From positions 6,340 through 70,339 of the forward strand of contig JAJYLV010000002.1 in assembly GCA_021787445.1 (NCBI GenBank): a DNA stretch of 64,000 nucleotides. Direction: 5' to 3'. The notes under the pieces are model-generated. The model had not been told where the DNA came from and did no database searches. It was given only the letters and a program-made list of their open reading frames with translations. The position numbers and the translations under genes are program-made. Positions 40,845-51,860 of the stretch are shown in pieces (position 1 is the stretch's first letter; every line of letters starts with the position of its first letter). The DNA comes from Chloroflexota bacterium. GTDB taxonomy: Bacteria; Chloroflexota; Limnocylindria; P2-11E.

Positions 40845-42398
40845 ATGCCCGACCGGAAGTTCTACGTCACGACGGCGATCGACTACGTCAACGACCGACC
40901 CGGGCTGCACCACGCCTACGAGAAGACGGGCGCGGACGCCCTCGCGCGCTTCCACCGCCAGCGCGGCGACCACGTCTTCTTCCTGACCGGCACCGACGAG
41001 AACGCGACGCGCAACGACCGTGCGGCGAAGGAGCTCGGGATCCCGACCCAGGAGCTCGTCGACCGCAATGCTTCCGAGTTCCGGCGGATGTGCGACGCGT
41101 TCCAGATCTCGTACGACCGCTTCATCCGGACGTCCGTGGATCCCGACCACCGCGCCGGGGTGCAGGAGCTCGTGCGGCGCTGGATCGAGAACGACGACGT
41201 CTATCTGGCGACGTACGAGGGCCTCTACTGCGTCGGCTGCGAGGCGTTCTACGAGGAGTCCGACCTCGTCGACGGGAAGTGCCCCATCCACCCGACCCGG
41301 CAGATCGAGCGCCTGCGGGAGGAGAACTTCTTCTTCCGGCTCAGCCGCTATACCGAGCCGCTGACGAAGCTCTATCGCGAGCGACCGGAGGCCTGCGTCC
41401 CGGCCATCCGGCGCAACGAGGTGCTCGGCTGGCTCGAGCGGGGGCTGCGCGACATCAGCGTCTCGCGGCGCGGACTCAGCTGGGGGATCCCGTTCCCCGA
41501 CCACCCGGATCACGTCGTGTACGTATGGTTCGACGCGCTCATCAACTACGTGACCGGCGTGGGGTTCGGGACGAACGAGAAGCTCTTCGCCGAGTGGTGG
41601 CCGGCCGACGTTCACATCATCGGCAAGGACATCACCCGATTCCACTGCATCTACTGGCCGGCGATGCTCATGGCCGCCGGCGTCGAGCTTCCGCGCCAGG
41701 TGTACGCGCACGGCTTCCTCGAGTACGCGGGCCAAGGCCGCCTCTCGCGCTCGAGCGGCAACATGATCGACCCCATCGCCGCCGCGAACGAGTGGGGGAG
41801 CGATGCCGCGCGCTACCTGCTGCTGCGCAGCGCGCCGTTCCAGAAGGACACCCCCATCTCGCCCGGGTCGTTCAACGCGCGCTTCGACGCCGACCTCGCG
41901 AACGGGCTCGGCAATCTCCTCTCGCGCACCGCGGCGATGGTCGAGCGCTACTTCGCCGGTCGCGTTCCCGAGGCCCGCGGCGGCGGCGCGTCGGAGGCCG
42001 CGGTGCGCGAGACCGCCGAGCGGAGCCTGCGCGATCACGACGCCGCGGCGGCGCAGCTGCATTTCTCCGAGGCGCTCGATGCCGTCTTCGCCTTGGTCGA
42101 CGCGGCGAACAAGCACTACACGGTCACGCAGCCGTGGATCCTCGCGCGGGATCCCGCGCGCCGCGACGACCTCGCCGCGGCCCTCTACGTCGGGTGCGAG
42201 TCGCTGCGGCTCATCGCGTACCTGCTCTGGCCGTACATGCCGCAGACGGCGGTCACGATCGCGGAGCAGCTCTCCGTCGCGTCCCCCGCGGACGCGGCGT
42301 GGAGCGACGTCGCGCGGTGGGGCCTGCTGAGCCCCGGGAGCGAAGTGCGTCAGCGCCCGCCGCTCTTCCCTCGGCTGGAGTCGAACAAGGTCGCGTGA
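40845..42398 (+). CDS. metG: Methionine--tRNA ligase (short form, altered signature motifs)
   Basis: FLTGTDE, CxxC knuckle, YVWFDAL, IGKDI.RFH and LFPR motifs; rsmI-metG-tatD synteny. Confidence 0.94.
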   Translation: MPDRKFYVTTAIDYVNDRPGLHHAYEKTGADALARFHRQRGDHVFFLTGTDENATRNDRAAKELGIPTQELVDRNASEFRRMCDAFQISYDRFIRTSVDPDHRAGVQELVRRWIENDDVYLATYEGLYCVGCEAFYEESDLVDGKCPIHPTRQIERLREENFFFRLSRYTEPLTKLYRERPEACVPAIRRNEVLGWLERGLRDISVSRRGLSWGIPFPDHPDHVVYVWFDALINYVTGVGFGTNEKLFAEWWPADVHIIGKDITRFHCIYWPAMLMAAGVELPRQVYAHGFLEYAGQGRLSRSSGNMIDPIAAANEWGSDAARYLLLRSAPFQKDTPISPGSFNARFDADLANGLGNLLSRTAAMVERYFAGRVPEARGGGASEAAVRETAERSLRDHDAAAAQLHFSEALDAVFALVDAANKHYTVTQPWILARDPARRDDLAAALYVGCESLRLIAYLLWPYMPQTAVTIAEQLSVASPADAAWSDVARWGLLSPGSEVRQRPPLFPRLESNKVA

Positions 42399-42444
42399 TC
42401 GGACCGCCCGGGGGGTCGGCGGGGGGCTCCGGCCCCGGCCTTCG

Positions 42445-43206
42445 GTGATCGACGCGCACGCGCACCTCGCGGACGACCGCTTCGCCGCCGACCTCGACGA
42501 CGTGCTTGTCCACGCGCGTGACGCGGGCGTCGCGCGGATCCTCGCGTGCGGCGAGGACGTCGCCTCGAGCGAGAGGACGATCGAGATCGCGCGGCGCGAT
42601 CGGCTCGTCCGCGCCGCTGTCGGCATCCACCCCCACCGTGCCGCGACGTGCGACGCGGCGGCGCTCGCGCGCCTCCGCGAGCTCGCGCGCGACGAACGCG
42701 TCGTCGCGATCGGCGAGATCGGGCTGGACCTGTCGGGGCGCTCCGCGCCGCGCCCGTCGCAGGAGGCCGCGCTCGTCGCGCAGCTCGCGCTCGCCGCCGA
42801 GCTCGGGCTCCCTGTCTGCCTCCACGTACGTGACGCGGGGCCCGAGGTCCGCGCGGTCCTCGACGGCGTCACGCACGGCACGGGCTACATCCACTGCTAC
42901 AGCGAGACCGCGAACGAGGTGGACGGCTGGATCGAGCGTGGGTTCTTCGTGTCGTTCGCCGGCACGGTGACCTACCCCCGCGCCGACGTGCTGCGGGCCG
43001 CCGCCGCGGTAGTCCCCGACGAGCGCCTTCTCGTCGAGACCGACGCGCCGGCGCTCGCGCCTCAGCGCCGCCGCGGTCGGCGCAACGAGCCCGCGGCGAT
43101 CGGCGAGACGTACGAGACGGTCGCGCGGCTCCGGGGCCGCGACGTCCCGAGCGTCGCGGAGCTCGTCTCGCGCAATGCGGCGTCGCTCTTCGGGCCGTGC
43201 TGGTGA
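42445..43206 (+). CDS. tatD: TatD-family hydrolase
   Basis: DAHAH, GIHPH, GEIGLD, HCYS, ETDAP and NEPA motifs. Confidence 0.93.
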   Translation: MIDAHAHLADDRFAADLDDVLVHARDAGVARILACGEDVASSERTIEIARRDRLVRAAVGIHPHRAATCDAAALARLRELARDERVVAIGEIGLDLSGRSAPRPSQEAALVAQLALAAELGLPVCLHVRDAGPEVRAVLDGVTHGTGYIHCYSETANEVDGWIERGFFVSFAGTVTYPRADVLRAAAAVVPDERLLVETDAPALAPQRRRGRRNEPAAIGETYETVARLRGRDVPSVAELVSRNAASLFGPCW

Positions 43207-43213
43207 CCGGCCG

Positions 43214-43239
43214 GGAACCGTAAGCCAGCTTCGTTCGTC
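43214..43239 (+). promoter_or_regulatory. Putative ECF-sigma promoter
   Basis: GGAAC-N17-CGTC upstream of the DUF4349 gene. Confidence 0.5.
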
Positions 43240-43272
43240 CCTCTGAGAAAGAAGCCCCGTGAGGTGACGGAG

Positions 43273-44238
43273 ATGAAGGCGAAGCCCGCGCGTGCTCTGG
43301 TCGCGCTCCTCGTTCTCCCCGCGCTCCTCCTCGCCGCGTGCGCGTCGCGGTCGACGCCCGCGGCCAGCACCGGACAGGGCGGCGTCGCCACCCACGCGAC
43401 GGTCGGCGCGGCCGCGCCGAAGGACGCCTCACGGACGCTCGCCGGCGCTCCCGCCGTCGGCGCGCCCGCCCTCTCCGTCCCCGCGCCGGCCGTCGCGGGA
43501 GGCCAGAGCGCGCAGGGTGCGCCCCTCCCGATCCCGGTCCCGCAGGCGTTCGACGGCGAGAAGGCCATCGTCCTCACCGCGAACGTCGCGCTCCGCGCCG
43601 ACGACCCGTGGGGCATCGCCGACCGCGTCCAGGCGATCGCGACGGGCCTCGGGGGCGATGTCCTGTCGCTGTCGCAGTCGGGCGCGAAGGACCAGAAGAG
43701 CGCGACGCTCACCATCCGCGTCCCTCAGGCGAGCTTCAACGAGGCGCTGCGGCAGATCCGCGGCATCTCCGACGTCGACGTGCTCTCGTCGAGCGTGAAC
43801 GGCCAGGACGTCACGGACCAGTTCGTCGACCTACAGGCGCGCCTCAAGGCGAAGCAGGACGAGGAGCAGCGCTACCTGGCGCTCCTCGCGCGTGCCACCA
43901 CGGTCGACGACATCCTCCGCATCGACTCGGTCCTGTCGCAGGTGCGGACACAGATCGAGCAGCTGACGGGGCAGATCGACTCGATCAAGGCGCGCACGGA
44001 CTACTCGACGATCACGGTGCAGGTCTCGTCCTCCGCCGTGGTGGCGCCGACGCCGAAGCCGCTCGCATACGACCCCTCGCGGACTCTCGAGCACGCGACG
44101 GCGGCCTTCGTGTCGATCATGCGCACCTTCCTCGACGCTGTGATCTGGGCGGTCGTCTTCGGGTGGATCCCGCTCGTCCTCTTCGGCCTGGCGCTCCTCC
44201 TCGGGCGGATGCGCGGGCGCGTCCTCCCCTCCGCCTAG
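43273..44238 (+). CDS. DUF4349-domain lipoprotein
   Basis: Lipobox LAAC; TLTIRVP, QDVTDQFVDL and IEQLTG motifs; C-terminal TM. Confidence 0.85.
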   Translation: MKAKPARALVALLVLPALLLAACASRSTPAASTGQGGVATHATVGAAAPKDASRTLAGAPAVGAPALSVPAPAVAGGQSAQGAPLPIPVPQAFDGEKAIVLTANVALRADDPWGIADRVQAIATGLGGDVLSLSQSGAKDQKSATLTIRVPQASFNEALRQIRGISDVDVLSSSVNGQDVTDQFVDLQARLKAKQDEEQRYLALLARATTVDDILRIDSVLSQVRTQIEQLTGQIDSIKARTDYSTITVQVSSSAVVAPTPKPLAYDPSRTLEHATAAFVSIMRTFLDAVIWAVVFGWIPLVLFGLALLLGRMRGRVLPSA

Positions 44239-44305
44239 GCATCCTCTCCCGTTCGGGAACGGCCGTGGCCCAGCCGCGGCCGTTCCCGCATGTCACACTG
44301 CGGAC

Positions 44306-44908
44306 GTGCTCGACCGGCAGTTGGAGCGGTCCTTCCCGGACATCTCGGCCATCCGCGACCCGAACATCCGCGAGCTCTGCCACGCGCAGTGGCGCTACGT
44401 GAGCGCGCACGGCGACCCCTCGCACACGGACATCGAGAAGCTCCCCATCCACCCCTCGCTGCCGGTCGCGCGCTACGGCGCGCTCGCCTCGCACGTCCGA
44501 GGGCAGATGGAGATCTCGAAGGTGCTCGTGCCGTTCGCGAAGCGCGAGTGGAAGGTCGAGCTCGACCTCGACCACTTCCTCGCGTGCGCGCTCGTGCACG
44601 ACTCGGCGAAGGTCATCGAGTTCGTCGGGAAGGACGGCGAGCTCGTCGCGACGCCCGGCTTCGACCACGCGGCGGAGGGTGCGAAGATCGCCCTCACGGT
44701 CGGCTTTCCGAAGGAGGTCGCGCACATGATCGCGGTCCACACCTACCTCGGCCCGCGGCGCCTGCCGCGGACGGCGGCGGCGCAGCTGTTCCAGTTCCTC
44801 GACCCCATCTGCCTCCCGGTGTTCCCCGAGGGCGGGAAGGGCGCGGTCGAGCGCCACCTCGAGGCGAACGGGTGGTCCGTACCGCCCGCGCCGCCGGCGG
44901 TGGCGTGA
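44306..44908 (+). CDS. HD-domain protein
   Basis: SHV...LVHDSAK...DH...AHMIAVH motifs. Confidence 0.75.
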   Translation: MLDRQLERSFPDISAIRDPNIRELCHAQWRYVSAHGDPSHTDIEKLPIHPSLPVARYGALASHVRGQMEISKVLVPFAKREWKVELDLDHFLACALVHDSAKVIEFVGKDGELVATPGFDHAAEGAKIALTVGFPKEVAHMIAVHTYLGPRRLPRTAAAQLFQFLDPICLPVFPEGGKGAVERHLEANGWSVPPAPPAVA

Positions 44909-45345
44909 TGGCGGAGATCCGGATCCACCCCCTCACCGAGCTGGACATCGACGGCATCACGCGCATCGACGAGCGCATCACGGGGAGGTACCGGCCCGAG
45001 GTCTGGGAGGAGCGCGTCACCTACTACATCCGGCGCGACGCGGAGGCCTCGCAGGTGGCGGAGGCCGACGGCGCGGTCGTCGGCTTCATGCTCGGCGAGG
45101 TGCGCGGCGGCGAGTTCGGGCTCGAGGAAGCCACCGGGTGGCTCGACTTCATGGGCGTCGACCCCGGCACGCGCGGCAAAGGTGTCGGCGCGCGCCTCGC
45201 CGAGGCGCTCCTCGCGCACTTCCGGTCGTGCGGCGCGCACGTCGCGCGCACGATGGTGCGCAACGAGGACGAGCAGATCCTCGGGTTCGTGCGCTCCATC
45301 GGCTTCGCGCCCGCGCCGATCTCCTCCCTCGAGAAGCGCCTGTAG
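44908..45345 (+). CDS. GNAT-family N-acetyltransferase
   Basis: VVGFMLG and GVDPGTRGKGVG acetyl-CoA motif. Confidence 0.88.
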   Translation: MAEIRIHPLTELDIDGITRIDERITGRYRPEVWEERVTYYIRRDAEASQVAEADGAVVGFMLGEVRGGEFGLEEATGWLDFMGVDPGTRGKGVGARLAEALLAHFRSCGAHVARTMVRNEDEQILGFVRSIGFAPAPISSLEKRL

Positions 45346-45347
45346 CG

Positions 45348-46010
45348 TTGGCGCCGCCGAGGATCGCGCCGAAGCGGCCCGACGGGCGGACCCTGCGGCG
45401 GAAGCGGTCCGCGACCGCGGCGGGCGCGAAGCTGCCGCGCCGGCAGGAGATATTCGACGCCGCGGCCCTCCTCATGGGACAGCGCGGGTTCGTCGGCACG
45501 ACGATCGAGGAGGTCGCCCAGCAGCTCGAGCTGACGAAAGCGGCCCTCTACTACTACGTCAGCAACAAAGAGGAGCTCCTCTACCAGATCCTCGACCAGA
45601 CGCTGACGCTCGCGCTCGAGCGGATCGCCGCCGTCGAGCGGTCGGAGGCGCCTCCGGCGAAGAAGATGGCCGACGTCGTCGAGACGTTCGTCCGGCTGGT
45701 GGCCGAGCGGCCGCAGTTCTTCACCGTTTACTTCCAGGAGAAGGGCCACCTCGGGCGCGAGCACCTGCGGGCGGTCACGCGCCAGGAGCGCCGGATCGTC
45801 GACGCCGTACGCCGCATCTACCGGCGCGGCGCCGCCGACCGATCGTTCCGACCGCTCGACCCCGTCGCCGCGACGTTCGGCGTGCTCGGGCTGTGCTTCT
45901 GGGTGTATCAGTGGTACCGCCCCGGAGGACGCCTATCCGTGGACGAGGTCGTTCGGACCTTCCAGGACCTCGCGGCCCGGGGGTATCTTGCCCAGCGGGC
46001 GGGCCGCTAA
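45348..46010 (+). CDS. TetR-family regulator (PaaR/KstR2-like)
   Basis: GTTIEEVA..LELTKAALYYYVSNKEEL HTH; WVYQWYRPGG C-terminal motif; start uncertain. Confidence 0.9.
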   Translation: MAPPRIAPKRPDGRTLRRKRSATAAGAKLPRRQEIFDAAALLMGQRGFVGTTIEEVAQQLELTKAALYYYVSNKEELLYQILDQTLTLALERIAAVERSEAPPAKKMADVVETFVRLVAERPQFFTVYFQEKGHLGREHLRAVTRQERRIVDAVRRIYRRGAADRSFRPLDPVAATFGVLGLCFWVYQWYRPGGRLSVDEVVRTFQDLAARGYLAQRAGR

Positions 46011-46047
46011 GGCCTGTTCCCCGCCCGCCGGGCGGCGTATGCTCTTT

Positions 46048-46061
46048 ACTAACTAGTTAGT
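46048..46061. promoter_or_regulatory. Perfect 14-bp palindromic operator just downstream of the -10 TATGCT (46038-46043)
   Basis: ACTAACTAGTTAGT, AT-rich in a GC-rich background. Confidence 0.8.
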
Positions 46062-46091
46062 TAGATCGGGCCGATCGGACAGAGGTGCGAG

Positions 46092-47447
46092 ATGGCGGAG
46101 ATCAAGCGCGACATGCCGCGTGAGTACCACGAGGCGGTCGTCCACTGGCAGAAGCACAACTTCCCCGACTACCCGAAGCTCGTCCAGCTCTGGGACCGCT
46201 ACTTCCCGCGAGATGAGCCCTTCTGCCTCTGCGCGAAGCTCGCCGACGACGTCGACCCGGAGATCCAGCTCGGAGACCGCAAGGGTCAGCCGAAGGCGCT
46301 CAGCCCGAAGGAGCTGCCCCAGGACGCGGCGCACCTCCTCCTCGGCCAGATCCGCGCGCAGGCCTCGACGGAGTTCGGGTCGATCCAGCAGCACGAGGGG
46401 ACGCTCGCGCGCGCGGCGGACCCTCAGGACCAAGCATGGGTCCTCCGCGTCATGGCGGAGGAGCTCCGCCACGGCTACCAGATGGTCCACCTGCTGACGA
46501 GCCAGGACTGGTCCTCGGTGACCGAGCAGAAGCCCGCGGACATGGTCGAGGAGATCCTCAACATGAACACGGGCTCGCACGTTCTCGCGGCCTTCAACCT
46601 CGAGTTCGACAGCTTCACCGACAACGTCGTCTTCGCCGCCCTCATCGACCGGGTGGGGAAGTACCAGCTCTCGATGCAGAAGGTCTCGGCGTACGAGCCG
46701 TACGCCGCGAGCATGCCGCCGATGCTCAAGGAGGAGGCGTTCCACCTCGCCGCCGGGGTCGTGCCGCTCCGGCGCTGGGTCGAGCGTGCCGCGAAGGGCG
46801 ACGCGCTGGTGACGATGGAGGTGATCCAGAAGAGCGTCGTGAAGTGGTTCGTTCGCGGTCTCGAGATGTTCGGCGACGACCGGCCGGGCGGCCACGGTGG
46901 CGATGACGCCGTCCGCATGGGGCTCAAGGACATGAACAACCGTCAGGCGCAGGACTCGTACATCGCCGAGGTCCAGAAGGTCCTCGACGACCTGAACGAG
47001 CGTTACGTTCGCGCGAAGCGGCCCGACCTCTCACGCGACGAGGCGGACGCCCTGTACGCCAAGCTGAAGCGCGAGAAGGGGAGCGCCGACGGCATCGCGT
47101 ACGAGGACCTCCTGCGCCTTCCCGACCGGCGCTTCTTCCGGCGGCGCGGCGAGGGCGCGTTCCAGATGTACGGGTTCGACGGCCAGACGTTCGACGACCC
47201 CGAGAAGTGCATCGCGGACGTCGCGGCGCACCTGCCCGAGGCGTACCGCGCGTCGGTGGACGTGCGGCACTGGTCGAACATGCTCCGGAAGGTGCACGCC
47301 GGCGAGGTGTCGTTGAAGGACGCGATCAAGAGCATGCCCCGCCTCGCGCGCGTCGGTGGCTCCTGCCCGTGCGCGCGCTCGGTGCGCTGGGTCATGGACG
47401 TCGACGGCGGCGGCGCGAGCGGCGAGGGCGCCCGCTTGCACCCCTAG
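46092..47447 (+). CDS. BoxB/PaaA-like di-iron aroyl-CoA epoxidase family protein
   Basis: QASTE, EELRHG, DRVGKYQL and EEAFH di-iron motifs. Confidence 0.8.
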   Translation: MAEIKRDMPREYHEAVVHWQKHNFPDYPKLVQLWDRYFPRDEPFCLCAKLADDVDPEIQLGDRKGQPKALSPKELPQDAAHLLLGQIRAQASTEFGSIQQHEGTLARAADPQDQAWVLRVMAEELRHGYQMVHLLTSQDWSSVTEQKPADMVEEILNMNTGSHVLAAFNLEFDSFTDNVVFAALIDRVGKYQLSMQKVSAYEPYAASMPPMLKEEAFHLAAGVVPLRRWVERAAKGDALVTMEVIQKSVVKWFVRGLEMFGDDRPGGHGGDDAVRMGLKDMNNRQAQDSYIAEVQKVLDDLNERYVRAKRPDLSRDEADALYAKLKREKGSADGIAYEDLLRLPDRRFFRRRGEGAFQMYGFDGQTFDDPEKCIADVAAHLPEAYRASVDVRHWSNMLRKVHAGEVSLKDAIKSMPRLARVGGSCPCARSVRWVMDVDGGGASGEGARLHP

Positions 47448-47468
47448 CGGCTCGAGGCCGTCCCGGCG

Positions 47469-47927
47469 TCAGGTCGGCTCGGCCCCGACCTTCCTTCGGC
47501 AGTAGGCGTAGAGGGCGTCGAGGACGGGCCGCGACGCCTCACGCTGCCTCTGGTCGTCCGGATAGTGGAGGTGCCGCAGGCCGTCGAGGATCGCCTCGAC
47601 GCCCTGCGACTCCGGCGTGACCGTCTTGTCCGCCGTGTCCGCGCCGCGGATGACCTGTGCCATGTACACGAGCGCGGGATCCGTGTCGAGGCCGTACGTG
47701 TCGACGAACGCGTCGAAGCTGCACTTCGCGCCGTGATGCCCCAGCTCGACGCCCTTCACATCGAAGGGCGTCGCTCCCCGCTTCTGGGCTTCGCTCTCGA
47801 CCTCCGCTCCGGGGACGTAAACGAACTCCGGCGTCTTGTCGACGAACCGCTCGATGAGCCAGGGGCAAGCGACGCGGTCGACGCGCGGGTGCTCGCGTGT
47901 GATCCAGCGCACGATCGATCCCTCCAT
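47469..47927 (-). CDS. Chromate resistance ChrB C-terminal-domain protein
   Basis: WITREHPRVDRVACPWLIERFVD, H.G.KCSFD and GADT motifs. Confidence 0.88.
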   Translation of the reverse strand: MEGSIVRWITREHPRVDRVACPWLIERFVDKTPEFVYVPGAEVESEAQKRGATPFDVKGVELGHHGAKCSFDAFVDTYGLDTDPALVYMAQVIRGADTADKTVTPESQGVEAILDGLRHLHYPDDQRQREASRPVLDALYAYCRRKVGAEPT

Positions 47928-47929
47928 TC

Positions 47930-48385
47930 CTAGCGGCGCTTCGCGAAAGCCTTCGCGACCGAGCGCACGACGAGCAAGAAGACGATCGTCGCGATCTGAC
48001 CGCCGACGATCGTCCTGTTCACGTCGATGGCCGGCCGCCACGTCACGGCGCCGTCCTTGATGACGAACGCGCCTACGGGGCTCGCGGACATGGCAACGCC
48101 TCCGCCCCAACCGCGTCCCTGGCCTTGCGGCCCCTCACCACTTCCGCCGCCGCCACCGCCGCGCACGTTCGCGGCGGGGATGACCGTCACGCCGTCCTTC
48201 TCGATCGGCTCGCCGTACACGCGGCGGACCGTCATGACGTCCTTGGCGCGCTCCATCAGGCCCATGACCCCTCGTGGCTCCATGACATCGCCCGAACGCT
48301 TTGACGCGTCGAGCTCGACGATCTCGCCCTGGTGGCGATGGTGCTTGTCCTCGTGCTTCTCGTCGTGGTCGTCGTGATCCGACAC
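47930..48385 (-). CDS. GerW/YtfJ-family protein with His/acidic N-terminal tail
   Basis: VYGEPIEKDGVTVIP and Gly-rich GGGGGGSG...GGG..PVG; SD GGAGG before GTG 48385. Confidence 0.8.
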   Translation of the reverse strand: MSDHDDHDEKHEDKHHRHQGEIVELDASKRSGDVMEPRGVMGLMERAKDVMTVRRVYGEPIEKDGVTVIPAANVRGGGGGGSGEGPQGQGRGWGGGVAMSASPVGAFVIKDGAVTWRPAIDVNRTIVGGQIATIVFLLVVRSVAKAFAKRR

Positions 48386-48426
48386 TCGCTGCCTCCGCTC
48401 TCGAGCCGCGCAGCGGCGGGACGTCG

Positions 48427-49551
48427 CTACGTCAGCCGATACTTCGCGATCTTCTTCTTGTCGAGCTCGAGCCCCAGGCCGGGCCGCCGCGGGACCGCGA
48501 CGACGCCCTTCGTCGCCTTCGGCAGCGGCTCGGTGAACAGCTCGGCCAATGGATTGTCGATCCACATCCATTCCGCCTTCCAGAGTCCGCTGACGGCCGC
48601 AGCCAGGTGCAGGGACGCGAGCTGGGCAACGCCGCAGGAGAAGCCTGTGTGGGGCGCGTACCGGACGTTGTGGGCATGGACCAGTGCGCTCACGCGCATG
48701 CCGGCCGTGAATCCGCCGACGCGCGCGACGTCCGGCTGGATGATGTCGACGGCGCGCCGGCGCAGGAGCTCGCGGAAACCGAACACGCCGAACTCAGACT
48801 CGCCGCAGGCGAGGCCGATCGTCGTGTGCCGCCGGATCTGCTCGTAGCCGTCGATGTCGTCGGGGTAGACGGGCTCCTCGAGGAACGTGATGTCGTGGCG
48901 CTCGATCGCGTCGCAGAAGCGGATCGCCGTCGCCGCGTCATAGGCACCGTTCACGTCGATCCCGATCTCGACGCCCGGCCCCGCCGCCTCGCGAACGGCG
49001 CGCACGCTCTCGATGTCCATCCGAAAGCCGCCCAGGTCGGCGCTCCGTCCACACTTCATCTTGAGCGCGACGTGCCCCTTCTCGACCTGCTCGCGCGTCT
49101 CGCTCTGCATCGTGTCCAGATCCGCGATGTATACGGACGACCCGTACACCGGGACACGGTCACGCCCCGCGCCGCCGAGCGCCTTGTACAAGGGGACCCC
49201 CTGTGCCTGCGCGACGATGTCCCAGAGCGCCTGGTCGACGCCGCTCATCGCTTCCTGGACGAAGCCGCGGTAGTGGCCCCAGCCGCGCAGGAGGCGCATC
49301 TCGTCGTCCCAGATGCCGCCCGCGTCGCGCGGGTCGCGGCCTTGGACGACCGGCCAGAGGAGGTCGCGGAGCACCGTGTCGGTCACCCTCGGGGCCCGGC
49401 GGGCGATGCACTCGCCGACGCCGGTGATGCCGTCGTCGGTCGTCAGCTCGACGAGCGTCGCCGTGAAGGCCGCGTAGGGCCCGATCCCGAACAGGATGGG
49501 CTTCTCGAGGCGGGCCTCCAGGACGTAGGTCTCGAGCTTGGCGATGCGCAC
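48427..49551 (-). CDS. Mandelate racemase/muconate lactonizing enzyme family
   Basis: ALWD, KMK, DVN, EEP, GES, QPD and APH motifs. Confidence 0.92.
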   Translation of the reverse strand: MRIAKLETYVLEARLEKPILFGIGPYAAFTATLVELTTDDGITGVGECIARRAPRVTDTVLRDLLWPVVQGRDPRDAGGIWDDEMRLLRGWGHYRGFVQEAMSGVDQALWDIVAQAQGVPLYKALGGAGRDRVPVYGSSVYIADLDTMQSETREQVEKGHVALKMKCGRSADLGGFRMDIESVRAVREAAGPGVEIGIDVNGAYDAATAIRFCDAIERHDITFLEEPVYPDDIDGYEQIRRHTTIGLACGESEFGVFGFRELLRRRAVDIIQPDVARVGGFTAGMRVSALVHAHNVRYAPHTGFSCGVAQLASLHLAAAVSGLWKAEWMWIDNPLAELFTEPLPKATKGVVAVPRRPGLGLELDKKKIAKYRLT

Positions 49552-49608
49552 CGGAGGGGTAGCCTAGCGAGGGCGGGCTCGGAGGCCCTGAGCCGCCAGC
49601 ACCCCCGC

Positions 49609-49638
49609 TTGACAGCCCTTGGACCTGCGGCCTATGGT
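49609..49638 (+). promoter_or_regulatory. Sigma-70-type groESL promoter
   Basis: TTGACA-N18-TATGGT. Confidence 0.8.
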
Positions 49639-49639
49639 C

Positions 49640-49666
49640 TTAGCAGTCTCGCGGGGCGAGTGCTAA
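49640..49666. promoter_or_regulatory. CIRCE element (HrcA operator)
   Basis: TTAGCAGTC-N9-GAGTGCTAA, one mismatch to consensus. Confidence 0.95.
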
Positions 49667-49746
49667 AGACCCCTTTGGGCGTCCGAACTGTGGGTCAGCG
49701 CGCCCCGTGACCGATATCGGATGCACACAGACGGAGGGAGCAGACC

Positions 49747-51730
<1,984 letters not shown>

Positions 51731-51755
51731 GGCCCCTACTACCTCCTCGCGCGAC

Positions 51756-51798
51756 GCACGAGCCCGGCCGTACGGCCGGGCTCGTGCCTTTCTTCTTC
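51756..51798 (+). terminator. Rho-independent terminator of groEL
   Basis: GCACGAGCCCGGCC-GTAC-GGCCGGGCTCGTGC followed by a pyrimidine/T tract. Confidence 0.85.
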
Positions 51799-51860
51799 TC
51801 CGGCATGTCGTCCACCGCCGCGCTCGGAGGTGACCCCAGAGACGGAGCCGACCCGGGGCC

